Assembly: GCA_015680685.1 (NCBI GenBank)
Contig: MNCI01002116.1
Coordinates: forward strand, 54,944-107,575
Reading direction: 5' to 3'
Source of the DNA: Gnetum montanum
Taxonomy: Eukaryota; Plantae; Gnetophyta
Length of the DNA stretch: 52,632 nucleotides
The translations under genes and the position numbers were made by a program. Numbering within the stretch: the first letter of the stretch is position 1; each line of letters begins with the position of its first letter. Below the pieces are notes generated by a model. That model worked only from the letters and a program-made list of their open reading frames with translations. It was not told the DNA's origin and ran no database searches. This document shows, piece by piece, positions 10,022 to 22,258 of this stretch.

Positions 10022-11686
10022 ATTTTTTTGGACAGGGACTTAACCCTGAATCCGTGTGAGGGCCATGCTAGATAAAAATGGAAACAAGGTGCCCTGAACG
10101 GTCTAGTCAATTAGACAAAGACTTAATTAGTGTCTCTAAACCTTTTGCAAACGTTTGATTCAAAAGTAATGCTTATAGTGAAAAATAATAATTTTTAAAT
10201 GCAAGGAGATGAAAACGATGTGAAAATGCAATAACAAGTAGGAAAGCAAAATATACTGGAGTTAAGAAAATGCACCGCTTCAAGATTATGGCTTTACTTC
10301 GTCAAAGTGGATACAATTGGTTGCACAACACTGGGAAGCACAAAGATCGCAAAAGTAACCAGGACATTCAAAAGCAAGCCAACAATGTGCTTGAACGCAG
10401 GTTCGAGAGCCGACAATGCAAAAAGTGCTACAAGACCAACCAGATTAGCTTGAAATAGCTAGAGTTTGTTTCTGCTAACCACTAACAAGATTTGCTAACT
10501 GCTCAAGTTTGCTCTCAAAATGCCAAATGAAATTTTGCTAACATTTGCCAACAAGGTTTGCCAACTACTGCTTAGATTTGCTCATGAATGCCAATTTTCC
10601 AACTTGCCAATCTTTTTGTCAACTCTTTGAGCGTTGCTCAACGGGGTATTTATAGGGCTAGGAGCACGCAAGAAATGTGGTTTAGATGCCATGTATCTTG
10701 GATCCACAAGGTATTGACGTGTCCCTGCTACATGGACATGCAAAGCTAATTGATAAGCCTGCCATGCTATAATTACGTTGTCAGAACATGGAGATGTGTG
10801 CCAACGATGCAGACAAGGAGTGAGGTGCATTGATGTAGCGTAGCTACCTGCTATGCTGTGCTACGCTTTGAGGCATATCATGTTAGTGTAGCGTAGCAAC
10901 TTGGTATGCTATGCTACGCTACGTAGTGTAGCCACTAATTTGAAGAAGAAGCTTGTGTTGGAGTTGACTACATGTGCTGGAAAACTTTGAAGTGTTCTGA
11001 CTGTTTCTGCATGTTTGCTACGCTGCGTAGCATAGCAACTAGCCTTAGCTGTGAAAATGCTAACAATTTGCAAACTTTTTTCTTTGCAATGTGAAGCCTT
11101 TGAACTTGTTGATCTTGCCTTTTCCTCTTTGAGATGCCTTTTGCCATTCTTGCACAAATGCTACATTGTGCTACGCTATGTAGCATAGCATAGCGTAGCA
11201 GCCAACATAGCCTACTTTTTGTTGAATTCACCACTTTTTGGTAGAAGGAGCCTTGCTGAAGGACTTGGCATCGAGGTGTAATTGGAATCACTAAGTAAGC
11301 TGGGCCTTTCTATCTTGCTTCTGCTATGCTGTGTTACGCTACGTAGCATAGCATAGCGTAGCACTTCGTCCTGCAACTGTCTTCTGAGGCTTGCTACGCT
11401 ACATAGCGTAGCAAACTTCTTGACTAGAAAATTTTCCGAACTGTTTTGTGCATCCTGAGCACTGCCGACAACCCCATGCATCGCTTCTGAGTAGACTGCC
11501 AGCTGGATGAACTACCCAGGTGGGCAACCCGGAGAGTCCGTTAGGCCTATCAATGCTAGAAGTAGAAAATTTGCCTAACTGGACAATCTGAACTTGGAGC
11601 ATTCATTTCTTGCCGAAGTGACATGATGCTGCCTGAATTCCAAGGACCTAGTGAAGCAAGAATGCCTTGAAAATTTAGGGTGTTTC
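10022..11686 (-). mobile_element. Family-C Gypsy-type LTR (solo or truncated; left end uncertain)
   Basis: Minus strand begins TGAAACACCC; TATA agccctataaatacccc; 3' segment homologous to 48580-48670; palindromic GCTACGCTACGTAGC repeats; no TSD found. Confidence 0.7.
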
Positions 11687-12649
11687 AAAGGCAATGGGTG
11701 AATGAGTGTTAGTATCCATCATTGGCTACCATAGTAGGGATCTCGACCATTGACTCCTACAAGAGACATGATGGAAAACATAAAGAAAACCCATGCACAA
11801 AATTACCACTAGTTAGAGAGATGACCATGCATGAGAAAAATAGGAAGATAACTCAACCATAATGAATTTTCAATTTATTGTTGAATGATTTCAACAACTA
11901 TGGAATCATCAAATTTAGATTTGTGGTTAATTTTTGGCAAATTTTTTTGTAAACTCAAACAAAATGGGTTTTTGACTATTATGGTCACGTTTTGGTTTCT
12001 TTTGCATATTTGTTTGGAAAAATAGCTCAGACTCTTCTTGCTTTCTTATTTTGGGTTTGTAGTTTATGGTTTAATGATTTCATCCATTGTGGAATCATCA
12101 AATTTGGATAAGTGATTAATTTTTTATGAATTTTTTTGGCAAACTAGTGCAAAATAAGATTTTAGGATTATTATGGTTTTACCCCTATAAAGATGAGCAA
12201 CATTGATTCTTGGAAAATTTTTTCCATCAACATCCTAAGTTCTTAGGGATTGTTTGAGGTGTTGAGGATGGTTTATAAGTAGTTTTAGTCAAATTAAATT
12301 TTTTTTGATATTTTTCCCTAGTCATCTATCGTAGCCATTTTCTATAGTTTTGATGTTGTTGTGCAATTTTTTTGAATTTTGGTTATGGCCCTGGGTTGTG
12401 TTTTGAGTTTTTCCTAAGCATGGCACTTTAGCATGGAAACCAACATCTTAGTTCTAAATTGTTATTTTTATGTTTTTGGTTGTAAACTGTCATCTTCATA
12501 TTTTTGGTTGTAAATTGTCATTTTCATGTTTTTGGTTATAAACTGTCATTTTTATTCAAGTGTGAACTGTTCCATATGTATTTTTGTCTAATTTTTCTTT
12601 TCTTTGGTTGAAATGTTATTTGGTTGTAAAGGCTTAAAATTGTAAATTA

Positions 12650-15600
12650 TGTCAAATGCCGTTCTAAGGCCTACTAGAGGTGTTGAGCTAATGGAATGAC
12701 ACATAGTTGGTAGGACAACCTATCTAGTGATGTAGAAGTAGATCCATCTCCTAGAGTTCCCATGTTGCCTTCATCATCTAGGCGAAGTGAGTATTTTTTC
12801 TTGTTTATTTTGGTTATCCACATGCCAATGTCTTCCTAATTATATGGTTATTAGTTGTTTAGACTTTGGTTGTTTAAATGGATATACTAGTTTTGTTTTA
12901 GTTTGATTATATTTGTTATATTTTTTTTGACATGATGCACCTATGTCAAGACTAACAGACCATTTTTCTACTATGTTGTGGGGGTTGTGCCATCATTCAA
13001 AGTTACAGTAATCACTTTAGAATGCATTGAGCATACATTAATCTTCAAGTTTGGTGATGTGGAACCTACATAGTACTAGTTGGTTGACTAGGTATCTGAG
13101 GCTATTTAAGCAAGGATTGTTCATGCTGGCTTGTTTGACCTCTTCATGGTTCAAAGCCCAATCATCCCCACAATAGGGATGATGAACATCATCAACTCCT
13201 TTAGCAAAGAAGTCAAGAGGTTTGTCGCCTATGTTTATGATGTGATTGTTACTTTGGACATTAATGAATCCACCTTTAATGACCTTTTTGGTGTCCCTAA
13301 TGAGGGTATGATGATTGTCACTAAAGTATGGAAGGAGATGGATCTTCGGGAGGAAGTGGAGGAGTGGCTCACTACTTGTCATGGTCATAAGGAATTCTCC
13401 CTAAGCTAGTACCAAGTTCTAGAGGCTAGAGAGATGTATCCCCTATTCCAATCTTTGGCATAAGTTGTTATCACAGGGAAATATAATGGACATTGAACAA
13501 GCATGGGCCATGAAGAAGATCCTTACCTAGGTCATCCAGTTTAACTAGGCTACTCATTTGGTTTCTAGGCTGCATAAAAATCATAAAGCTTTAAAGAAAT
13601 TTAATGATGAAGTGCCATGTGCATTTTGTAGCATACCTACAAATAATTGTGGAGTTTCATGTGATGAGGAAGGATGTGTGATGTGTAACTCAAGACCTAT
13701 CCCAACTCACCAAGCCTTGGGTAAGGCATCTTATTTAGACCATGTAGGCTCAGGATCCATGGGAGGATGTGGACGAATTGCTGTCTATCACCACCAAGGA
13801 AATTGGTGGTAATTGTTGTGCATCCCCTAATAGCGTGGGGAGAGAGCCCCATGTTGAGTAAGGAAATGTGGAAAAGACTAAGAAGTTGTGTGCTGAAGCT
13901 AAGGGTTTAGTTAGAGAAAAACTAAAGAAGCCTATAATTGATGAGACAACGCTAGTCATTGAGGAGCCCTTGAAGAGGAGATTAATTGTTAAACTTAACT
14001 AGGTGCATTATGAGGTTAAAGGTACATTCTATTTGATTTATTAATTTCTGTTAATTTGTTTTGAAGTTATGTTTAAAGTAATGTAGTTAAGTTATGATTT
14101 TGTCTTAGGTAAAGTGTGTTAAGTTGTTTTGTATTTTTTGGTTGTTGTTCTTGCAGGCAAGTAATTGGAATAGGTAGTCATAGCAATAGTTGAGGGAAAA
14201 GGAAGACGATAAGAAGAGAAAGCGTTACAACATCATGAGGATGAGGGTTTATCCAATCCTCCATTAGATAGCTTTGATGCCTTGTTTGGGGATTTACACC
14301 TAGGTGAACCTCTTGCCATCATACTAGAGGATCTTTTAGGTACTTATATATTATTTTTTTCACATGCGTTCTTGGTCATAGTTGTTAATTGCTTATTATG
14401 CTTGTCATAGCTTTAGAGCCTCAAGCTATTGCTTCCACCTCTACATTTCGTATGAAACCATGGGTAAACACCCTTGATAAGATTAAGTTTATGTGAGATA
14501 TGGTTGAAGACATAATCAACCATCTACAACAGATAGCTTCCAAAGTTGGTAAGAGTGCTAACCCATTTTGCCTTTGTTGTTTACATGTCTTTGGTTTTCA
14601 CTCAATTTCTATGGTTACGTAACTTTTGTTATCTTTCATTTTTCTTTTAGTTATTAACTTGTTTTATGTGTTTAATTTTTGTTGTATTATTTATAGTGCC
14701 TAAGCTAAGATGGGATCCTAATCAAGCTATGGAGATTAATGCATTACCTACCCTACCTCCTGATATGGTAAATGTTCCACTTAAGTTGTACAAAAGTGCC
14801 ATTGCATGTGCACTTTGGTGTGCAAAATTTTTGTGGGAGTGCAAACAATCTAACGAGTTCATGTGGGAATGAGTTGTGGTATTAGAGAAAGATAATAGGA
14901 TGCTGGTAGAGGAGGTGAAGGATCTTAGGGATTGTAAGGAGTTTGTGGAAGGTCAAGTAGCCAATAGGAACTCCTTGTGCACCAAGGAAATAACTTGGGC
15001 ATGATATTGGAATGTTATTCATGGCAAATTTTTCCTTGCTAGAGAGGTCACTGAGCATAGAATTCAAATAAACCTATTGAATCACAAGGCTTATTGTGCT
15101 TGGGGTCCTTGAGTGGGGCCGAGTGCAAAAGGATCATAAGAAAAAGTACAAAGCCAAGCAAGATGCCTACCTCAAATGGTTGCAAGATGAGTCTACTGAA
15201 TGGCATTGGTTGGAGTTATTCATGAAGGGGATTAATGCAGAGGCCACCTACAAACTATTTATAGATAGCGTGATTGTAGCTAACTCCTCTACTCATTAGA
15301 TCACCACTACCTCAGGGGAGGTAACTACTACCACGTTCTCACATGAGCCACCTACTTGGAGTGACATCAACAAGAGTAACATCCTCACTAGTGTTAATCT
15401 TGGGGATGTGGATTAGGCTACCATGACCAAAGATCAGTCCCTCCACCATTTAGAGGTTGGTCTTCAAAATTTCCTTGTGAAATATGCTGCTCTAGAATCC
15501 TCTTAAGTTTGCTTATGTTAGTTTTATTTTAATCTATTTTAGTTTAGTTTGGTTTAGTTTATTACTATGTTGTTGGCTACTCAGTTTATTCTTTTTGGTT

Positions 15601-15706
15601 ACATATTTATGTTTTATATCTATTATTGTAGGCCAGAGATTATGCTAGTGGCACCAATGGTGATCACATTGGAGATGCTTCTCCTCCTTCTTTAGTTGCA
15701 CCTTAG
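12650..15706 (+). pseudogene. Antisense multi-exon gene of B1 (plant-mobile-domain/Transposase_32-like region + coiled coil)
   Basis: Degenerate exons homologous to 25874-28551(-); GT-AG T-rich introns at 14022-14156, 14340-14410 and 14549-14696, a donor at ~12787 and an acceptor at 15631; start uncertain. Confidence 0.75.
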
Positions 15707-16063
15707 ATGCATCCATTTTGATCATGCTCTTAGTTATGTCTATTGTTATTGATGTTGACATTATTATGTTGAGGCTAGTTTTAGCCTTCTAGCTATTGAT
15801 TGATGGTTCATTATTTTAGGCATTGTTTAAACTCTTGTGATTGTGCTTATATGTTATGATATTTCGATTATTATCTTTAACCCTATTTAATTTTTTTATG
15901 GTTTCATAGTATTCAATGTTTAAACTATGTTATGTGTTATACATTTTCACTTAGACTATAAGACTACATTGGTTATCTCATAGTGTCATCAAGTACTAAA
16001 AATAATAAAAAATGGCTAGGCTATAAGGGTGTAAACTAAGTTGTAAGCTGGCTATAGATGTTT

Positions 16064-16255
16064 TTCAGTTTAAAGCCATGGCAAGCCATACGATTTGCTA
16101 GTTTAAGGGCATGGTGGGCCATATGATTTGCCAATTTAAGAACATGGTTGGTCATATGATTTGCCACTTTAAGGGCATGGTGGGCCATGGTGTTTCTTGC
16201 CAGTTTTAGGCTATGATGGATTGTATGTCTTGCCAGCTTTAGGCCATGGTGGGCC
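16064..16255. repeat. ~33-bp tandem repeat downstream of the B1 gag-PR stop
   Basis: About 6 units of gccagtttaagggcatggtgggccatatgatt. Confidence 0.85.
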
Positions 16256-16553
16256 CCAAAATTTTGTAAGGAAAACATATTTCTTTATCTATTTTGTATT
16301 TTAAAATTTTTATAGATTTTTCTGGTTTTAAATTTTTTATGGCTTTTTTATGTATGTAATATTGCTAAAAGAGAAAAGGCCTTAAAAGTAAAAATACAAA
16401 CAAAAGTAAACTTTAGGCTAAATGCAGATTGAAATTTAACATAATGTAAAACAAAATGGTGCATATAGGTAGCATGTAAACTGGGCTAAAAGGCTATAAT
16501 TAAGAATGGCTACATGGTTATAAGTGCATAGGACAAGTGAATCGGGGTACACA

Positions 16554-19500
16554 TTATTTGTGCAAATGTTTCCTAATCTTTGAGAGATTAGGAAATGTAT
16601 ATGGTTTGTTTTCCATAAGCTTTTATTTCCCCTCTCCTTCACTAACAATGTTGAAGGGGAGCTCTTCCCATGGTGCATCCATGGGTTCATCACTGTTGGT
16701 CATCACCTCTTCTACTCCATTAGGCTTTTTGACTTTGTGGCTAATAGAGAGAGTTTCTTTCTAAAACTCCATGTTAGACCCTTGTTCTATGTTAATGTTG
16801 TTAACTGCTAGAGGGGCTACACCATTTCCATGAATGATTATTTCACCTCCCTAGTAAGGTAGGTGAATTTCTCGATAGATGTGTAAGGACATGGCTCATA
16901 ATTGAGCTAGCCAAGGCCTTCTTAGGATAAGGTTGAATCTTGGTATTTTCTCCATCACCAAGAAGTTTTCCATTGTGGATAATTATTCCCCTAAAACAAA
17001 GTCTAAAGAGATAAAGCCTTTGATAGCAACTTGTGATCCATTGAAGGATATAAGGGCTAAAGTCGACATGTGTTGCATATGCTCTATTAGGCCCAACTGC
17101 TCAACGATGGTATAAGGGATTACATTTGTTGCTACCCCATCATCAATGTGCATCCTATGCAGTTTATATTATCTTACCATTATTATTATAAAGAGGGAAG
17201 CCTTGGTTACCTTGCTATTTTGGGGACTAGATTTGATTTCTCTATCGCAAAACACTAGTAGTGTTGACCTCACTTCTTTCCTTAGTGAAGATGGTACCAT
17301 CACTACATGGATGAATTCTTCATTGGTGAGGATGTCCTTATTGATGGGAATGGAGGTCAACATCTTGAGTAGTGCTTCATGTTATGCAGCAGAGGTCATG
17401 ATAAGATCATATAGGCTAAGGGTTGTATTCTTTTTCTTTAGTAACTACTTTAGCTATTCCATTGCATTGAAGAAGTCTTTGTTTTTGGCCATGGACTTGT
17501 CATTCCTTCTATTCTTAACTTCCTCCATGTGTGCCAAATGTGGAATTCATGTTTAGGTTGTTGTGGCTTTGCCTCTTTCCCCTTTCCTTAAGGTTTGGGA
17601 TCTTGTGGTTTGCTGGTTGAAGTAGCCTGGGTAGTAGAGGTCATGGAAACAGATGAGATGGGAGTGGGTTTTGGTGGGTCCGCTTTCTTCCATGCCTTGA
17701 CTTGCTTATTGTCCTTGTTTTTAGGATTTTTCATGGGCTTCTTACATTGTTTGGTTGGGAACTTCTTTCTATCATTGGTTGGTTAAGAAGAAGAAGCCAT
17801 TGCATTGGCCACCATAGGGGGACGTTATTTGATTGTATAGGTGGAATCTATTGAAATAGGAGGAGGAGGTACTCTAATTACAAAAGTCTCTTTGCGGGGA
17901 AGGGGAGGGGTGGGGGTTGGTGATGGTATCCTTGCAACAAAGAGAATCCTTAAACTAGTGGAAGTTGAAGGGCCTCTTTCATTGTGAGGAGGTACCTGAA
18001 TCACAAACAATTCCCTCTCAAGCCTCTAATCATTGTTGACATTGAACGTTGCTATGGTATATGGGCTATTGTTGATGTTCAATGGGCCTTTATAAATATG
18101 AATCAAAAAGTTCTATGGCCTAACTAGGTTATAGGTGTTAAGAACCAATTCACCCTTATTTATCATCTTCAGCAGGTCATATTTTAATGCTATGAAAAAG
18201 TTGGTATCATGACTTGGTAGCTAATGATAGTAATAAAAGTAGTTAAGTTTGAAGTATCTAGGCACCAAAGGGTCATCTTTGGTTGCACAAGTGTGGTCTT
18301 TGGCTATTTCGCATAATCTTTCATGCCTCTTATGGGCATTTTCTATCATTTTCTTATATTGTATTCTTCCATTCTTCAATAGTTGGTCAAGGAGTTCTAA
18401 TGCCTTTAATGGTAACCTAGTATACTTTGACTTATCCTTTCATTCAAAGTTAGGCCTATTAGTAGTTAATGTAGAGGCCTCAAATGTTGAGGATTATTTA
18501 TTATAAGTAAGGGCCTTAGGTTGGTTCATTCTTGGCCCCTAGGTGGTCATTTTACTCTCCTTTTTCACAATGGCCACCACTACATTGTTTTGCCTCCCCC
18601 TCTTCTTATCATTTCATGCATGTTGGTTCTTACATGCCACATAGGTAGTGTTATGGCTAACGTTTGTGGCATCCTCTATGTTCTTAGTTTGAGAAAAAGC
18701 TTGACTAAGTGGATGTGGATCTAAGTAGCATAATTTCAACATGATAAAGTCATTAATCACCCCCTTGAAGATAGTGAGGAGCTGAGTTTCAGCTATCAGT
18801 TCCAAAATCTCATTAAGTAAAGCATTCCATCATTAGATGAACTTTTGCACTAGCTTAAGGGATCCTTGCTTGACCCTCATTAGTTAGTGAACTATGAAAT
18901 CAAGTCTTCCAATGAGGATATGGATTCTCTTGGTAAGGCATGGTAATATTCTGGGGATTTTCCAATAAGTGACATAGGGAAAGTTCATATTATTATATGT
19001 GACTAGGCATGTAACAACAAGCACTCAGAGCTGAAGGTTATAAGGAGTGAGTTGGGGTCACCATTGCCATTGTAATTGGTAAATTCTAGTATGGAGACAT
19101 GTAGGGGAAGAGTTAGTTGTGGGACCATAGGACTAATGGGATCATCCTGATAAAAGTCCATAATTTTAATGGTATAAGATGTGGAAGCTTTGATCCTCTG
19201 TAACTCTTTTGTTAAGTCTTGGATGATCTCAAAGGCTTGATCCAATTCTTGAGGTGCCCGTGTGGGTTGTGGGGTTTGCACGAAAGGTTGAGATGTAATC
19301 TATGAGGCTTGTGGCCTCAATTGTGAGACCAAGGAAAGAGGTTGGATTATCATCATTGTGAATGGATTGAATAACAAAAAAGAAGTTTTTATTGGTATTT
19401 GGGACACAAAGGGGAAAAATGGGCATGTGATCATTGGATCACTTGGGATCCTATTGTGGGCTCCATCTAGGTGAAAAATGGATTAGTGGTGATCATAATC

Positions 19501-20158
19501 ATTGATGATAGCCACACAAACTATAGTTGTGTGGAAAAAGGCATGGAAAAGTGGAAGGCGATTACTTGTGACACCAATTGTGTTTGGTGTGCTACTATAA
19601 CATGTGTTGGTCCAAACATGGTCAGATAGGGAGGGGCTAAGGACTGAGGGATCTATCTTGTGGAAGAGGCGAAGGGGGTTGAGGTAGGCATCATAGCTTT
19701 GGGGGTCAATTATTGGAAGATCCCTTCCATGAAATTCTCATGTTTGGACTCAACCTCAAACTCATCATCTTCTTCTTGTTGATCATCTAAGTAGCCTTCT
19801 CATCCTCTTCATCCATCTTAATTAACTAAGAAAGGATGTATGCATAGGTTTCATTTAATAGTTTTTTATTGTATGGGGAAGGTATGTATTCCTTTCCATC
19901 ATGGTGGATGAGTTCATACTCCCTTTTGAACTTTGCTTTCATTCTTGAAATTAGTATGCTGGCTTGAATTTTGGCACAAACGAAGTGCTAATGATCTTCA
20001 TTTATTACCAAAAATTCTAGGCTTCACCCCCTAAGCCTAAGTGATTGCCTACACTCTGCCACAACAGGGTTATTGGGGTCATAAACTCTTATGGCCTATT
20101 AGCTAGATCTTGTGTTGGTGAAGTTGAAGGGTAGAATAGTAAAGTAGCTGAAAGACAT
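16554..20158 (-). pseudogene. B1 gag-protease ORF (Tat/Ogre-type), disrupted
   Basis: MSFSY..RQSLRLRG; YNGNGDPNS (retrotrans_gag); HIDDG protease; FNLILRRPWL; ends PYTFPNLSKIRKHLHK*. Confidence 0.88.
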
Positions 20159-20836
20159 GATCAAAAAAGTTATTTTGAATTTTTACTATTTTTAGTAAAA
20201 ATTCCAGGTAGTGGGATTATCCATGAGTGTACTTGACTATAAATGGAAATGCAGTAGAAAAATTGTTGCTATAAAATACTATGCAATAGATAGTTATATA
20301 CTATGTAGTAGATAGTGTTTGAGATGGTAGCACTAACTATGTTGGTCTTGCCAACAAGATCTATGTTGGAGGTTGGCATAGTAGACCACTATAATTCCCA
20401 ACCAACTATGCTAAATTAGGGGGTGGGAAAGTGGATTTTAATCGATAACACTAATCTTGGAATATTTTCTCTTTTAGGAGCTACGTTGATATTAAGAAAT
20501 TATATATTGAAACCTTAGGTTTCCCAACAACTATGCTATAGTCGTGAGTGTCTATGCTAATTTTTTCCACCAAATTTCATAGCAGAAAAATTTGGGTTTT
20601 TGAATGGAACTAGGTTTTTGGATTTGGGTTTTCAAGGTAAACTACACTAGTTCCACAAAATATAGCAACTACTATGAAAGTACAATAGAAACCCAACTCA
20701 CTTACACAACTATGTTGGGTATTTGGGTAGGGATTTTGGTAGCAATGTTGGCTTTGATAGAATATGTTTGGAGGTTTTGATATTTGAAAATGTAAAAGGC
20801 TAGAAAAGGATGTTTGGGCTAAGAATTTGGGTGGAG

Positions 20837-20854
20837 GCCCTTCTTTTGGCACCA
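20837..20854 (-). promoter_or_regulatory. PBS of B1 (non-Met)
   Basis: TGGTGCCAAAAGAAGGGC, 6 nt after LTR end ...GGTCCAACA. Confidence 0.7.
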
Positions 20855-20860
20855 AAATAT

Positions 20861-22258
20861 TGTTGGACCTAGAAAATTTGGTTGTTGGAATCAAAACCAA
20901 AAAATCTCAAGTGCCAAACAGTTTTAACCTTGAATCCCAAGGGCCTTCAAAAAATGGGATTCAAGGCACCTTGGATGGTCTAGCTAATCACCCAAAAACA
21001 TACACAAATGTAAATAATGGTGGAAACAAATACAGAATTGTAGGTCTAAAATGAAAGTAGACATAGAAATTAAAACTTGAACTTAAATTTGCACAATAAT
21101 GAACTGTAACTTTATTGAAATGGAAAATGCATAAAGTACAAGGTTTAAGAACACATTTGTGAGCTTGGATGCGCAAGAAGTTTAGTTATATGGAGCTTGA
21201 AGTCCATTGGAGCTGGAAGGTTGCACTCTGCACTCAAACCTGATGATCCAGATACTTCTCAAACCCAATTTATAGTAACACCCTGCTAGTTTTCATAGGA
21301 ATCTACAACTTTGGTCATGAATGATATTCTACCCTTGATGCAATGGTATCATGTTGAGAGTCTCTAATGTCTAGCATAGATAGCAGTTTTCTCTCAAAGG
21401 TGTTTTAAGGTTACAATAGGCTCTTGGTTGTAAGAACACAGAATTTCTTTTCAAGTTGTGGAACAATTGAATTTAGTCCTACTCCAAAAGTTGGGAACCC
21501 CAATAAGGAGTTTACATTAGGCTTTTATAGGCTGTGGGATTGTTATTTTTAGGATTTATACATCACTACCATGATTACTAATAGATTAATGTTTATTTTT
21601 TAGTGTAATGGCTACAATTCTCAATGTAGGTGATCATTTATAGTAAGTCTTAATACATCGTAGCCACCAAAGCCCATCTAAATACTATAATAGTAAATGG
21701 ACTTTTGTGACTATGTTGGCACCATCTTAACTACACTAACCTTGGTGGACAATGCTAAGATTGCTGAAAAAATGCTAGTGAACATGGTGTCTATGCTAGC
21801 CATGCTACAACTACTAAAGATTTGGGGTGACTACGTTGGGCACTATTCGAAAAATGGAAATCCCAACAATTCCAACATTGGATATGTGCATCTACACTAG
21901 GTTTTGTTGGTGACCATGCTATGTTTTGATTGGAAATAAAAATCCAACACCATCTATGTTGGGGGTAGATGGTCTTAGTATAGTTGAGGCTATACCCATA
22001 CAAAAACCCATGAAAATGCTAAATTTGGCAATTCCTAAGGCATTTTCAACCTTCCCAAGCTAAAATATAGACATGAGGTGTCCTTTTCACTTGAAAAGTG
22101 AGCCAATAGCAATTTCTAAGGCATTTTTAGCCCCAAAAATTAGAATATGCAAGACTGTAGCTCATGGACTACAAATCTTACATTTACAATAAAATCTTAT
22201 CTCAAGTTGGAAGATGAAAGTAACAACTTGTAACATAAGTTTTCTTAGTGGTGTTTTA
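20861..22258 (-). repeat. 5' LTR of B1
   Basis: Plus strand TGTTGG...GTGGTGTTTTA (CA>TA decay); both ends homologous to the B3 LTRs. Confidence 0.82.

Larger units (their letters stand above)
11687..22258 (-). mobile_element. Family-B Tat/Ogre-type Gypsy element, copy B1 (5' LTR, PBS, gag-PR, antisense gene; 3' part missing)
   Basis: LTR 20861-22258, PBS, gag-PR on minus; homologous to B2 and B3. Confidence 0.85.

Noticed and set aside
10582-11602. Several short minus-strand ORFs
   Set aside because: They lie within an LTR and derive from palindromic repeats; no domain motifs.
16036-16278. ORF with an 11-aa HHALKLAN repeat
   Set aside because: By-product of the 33-bp tandem repeat; equivalent arrays in other copies have different unit lengths and no shared ORF.
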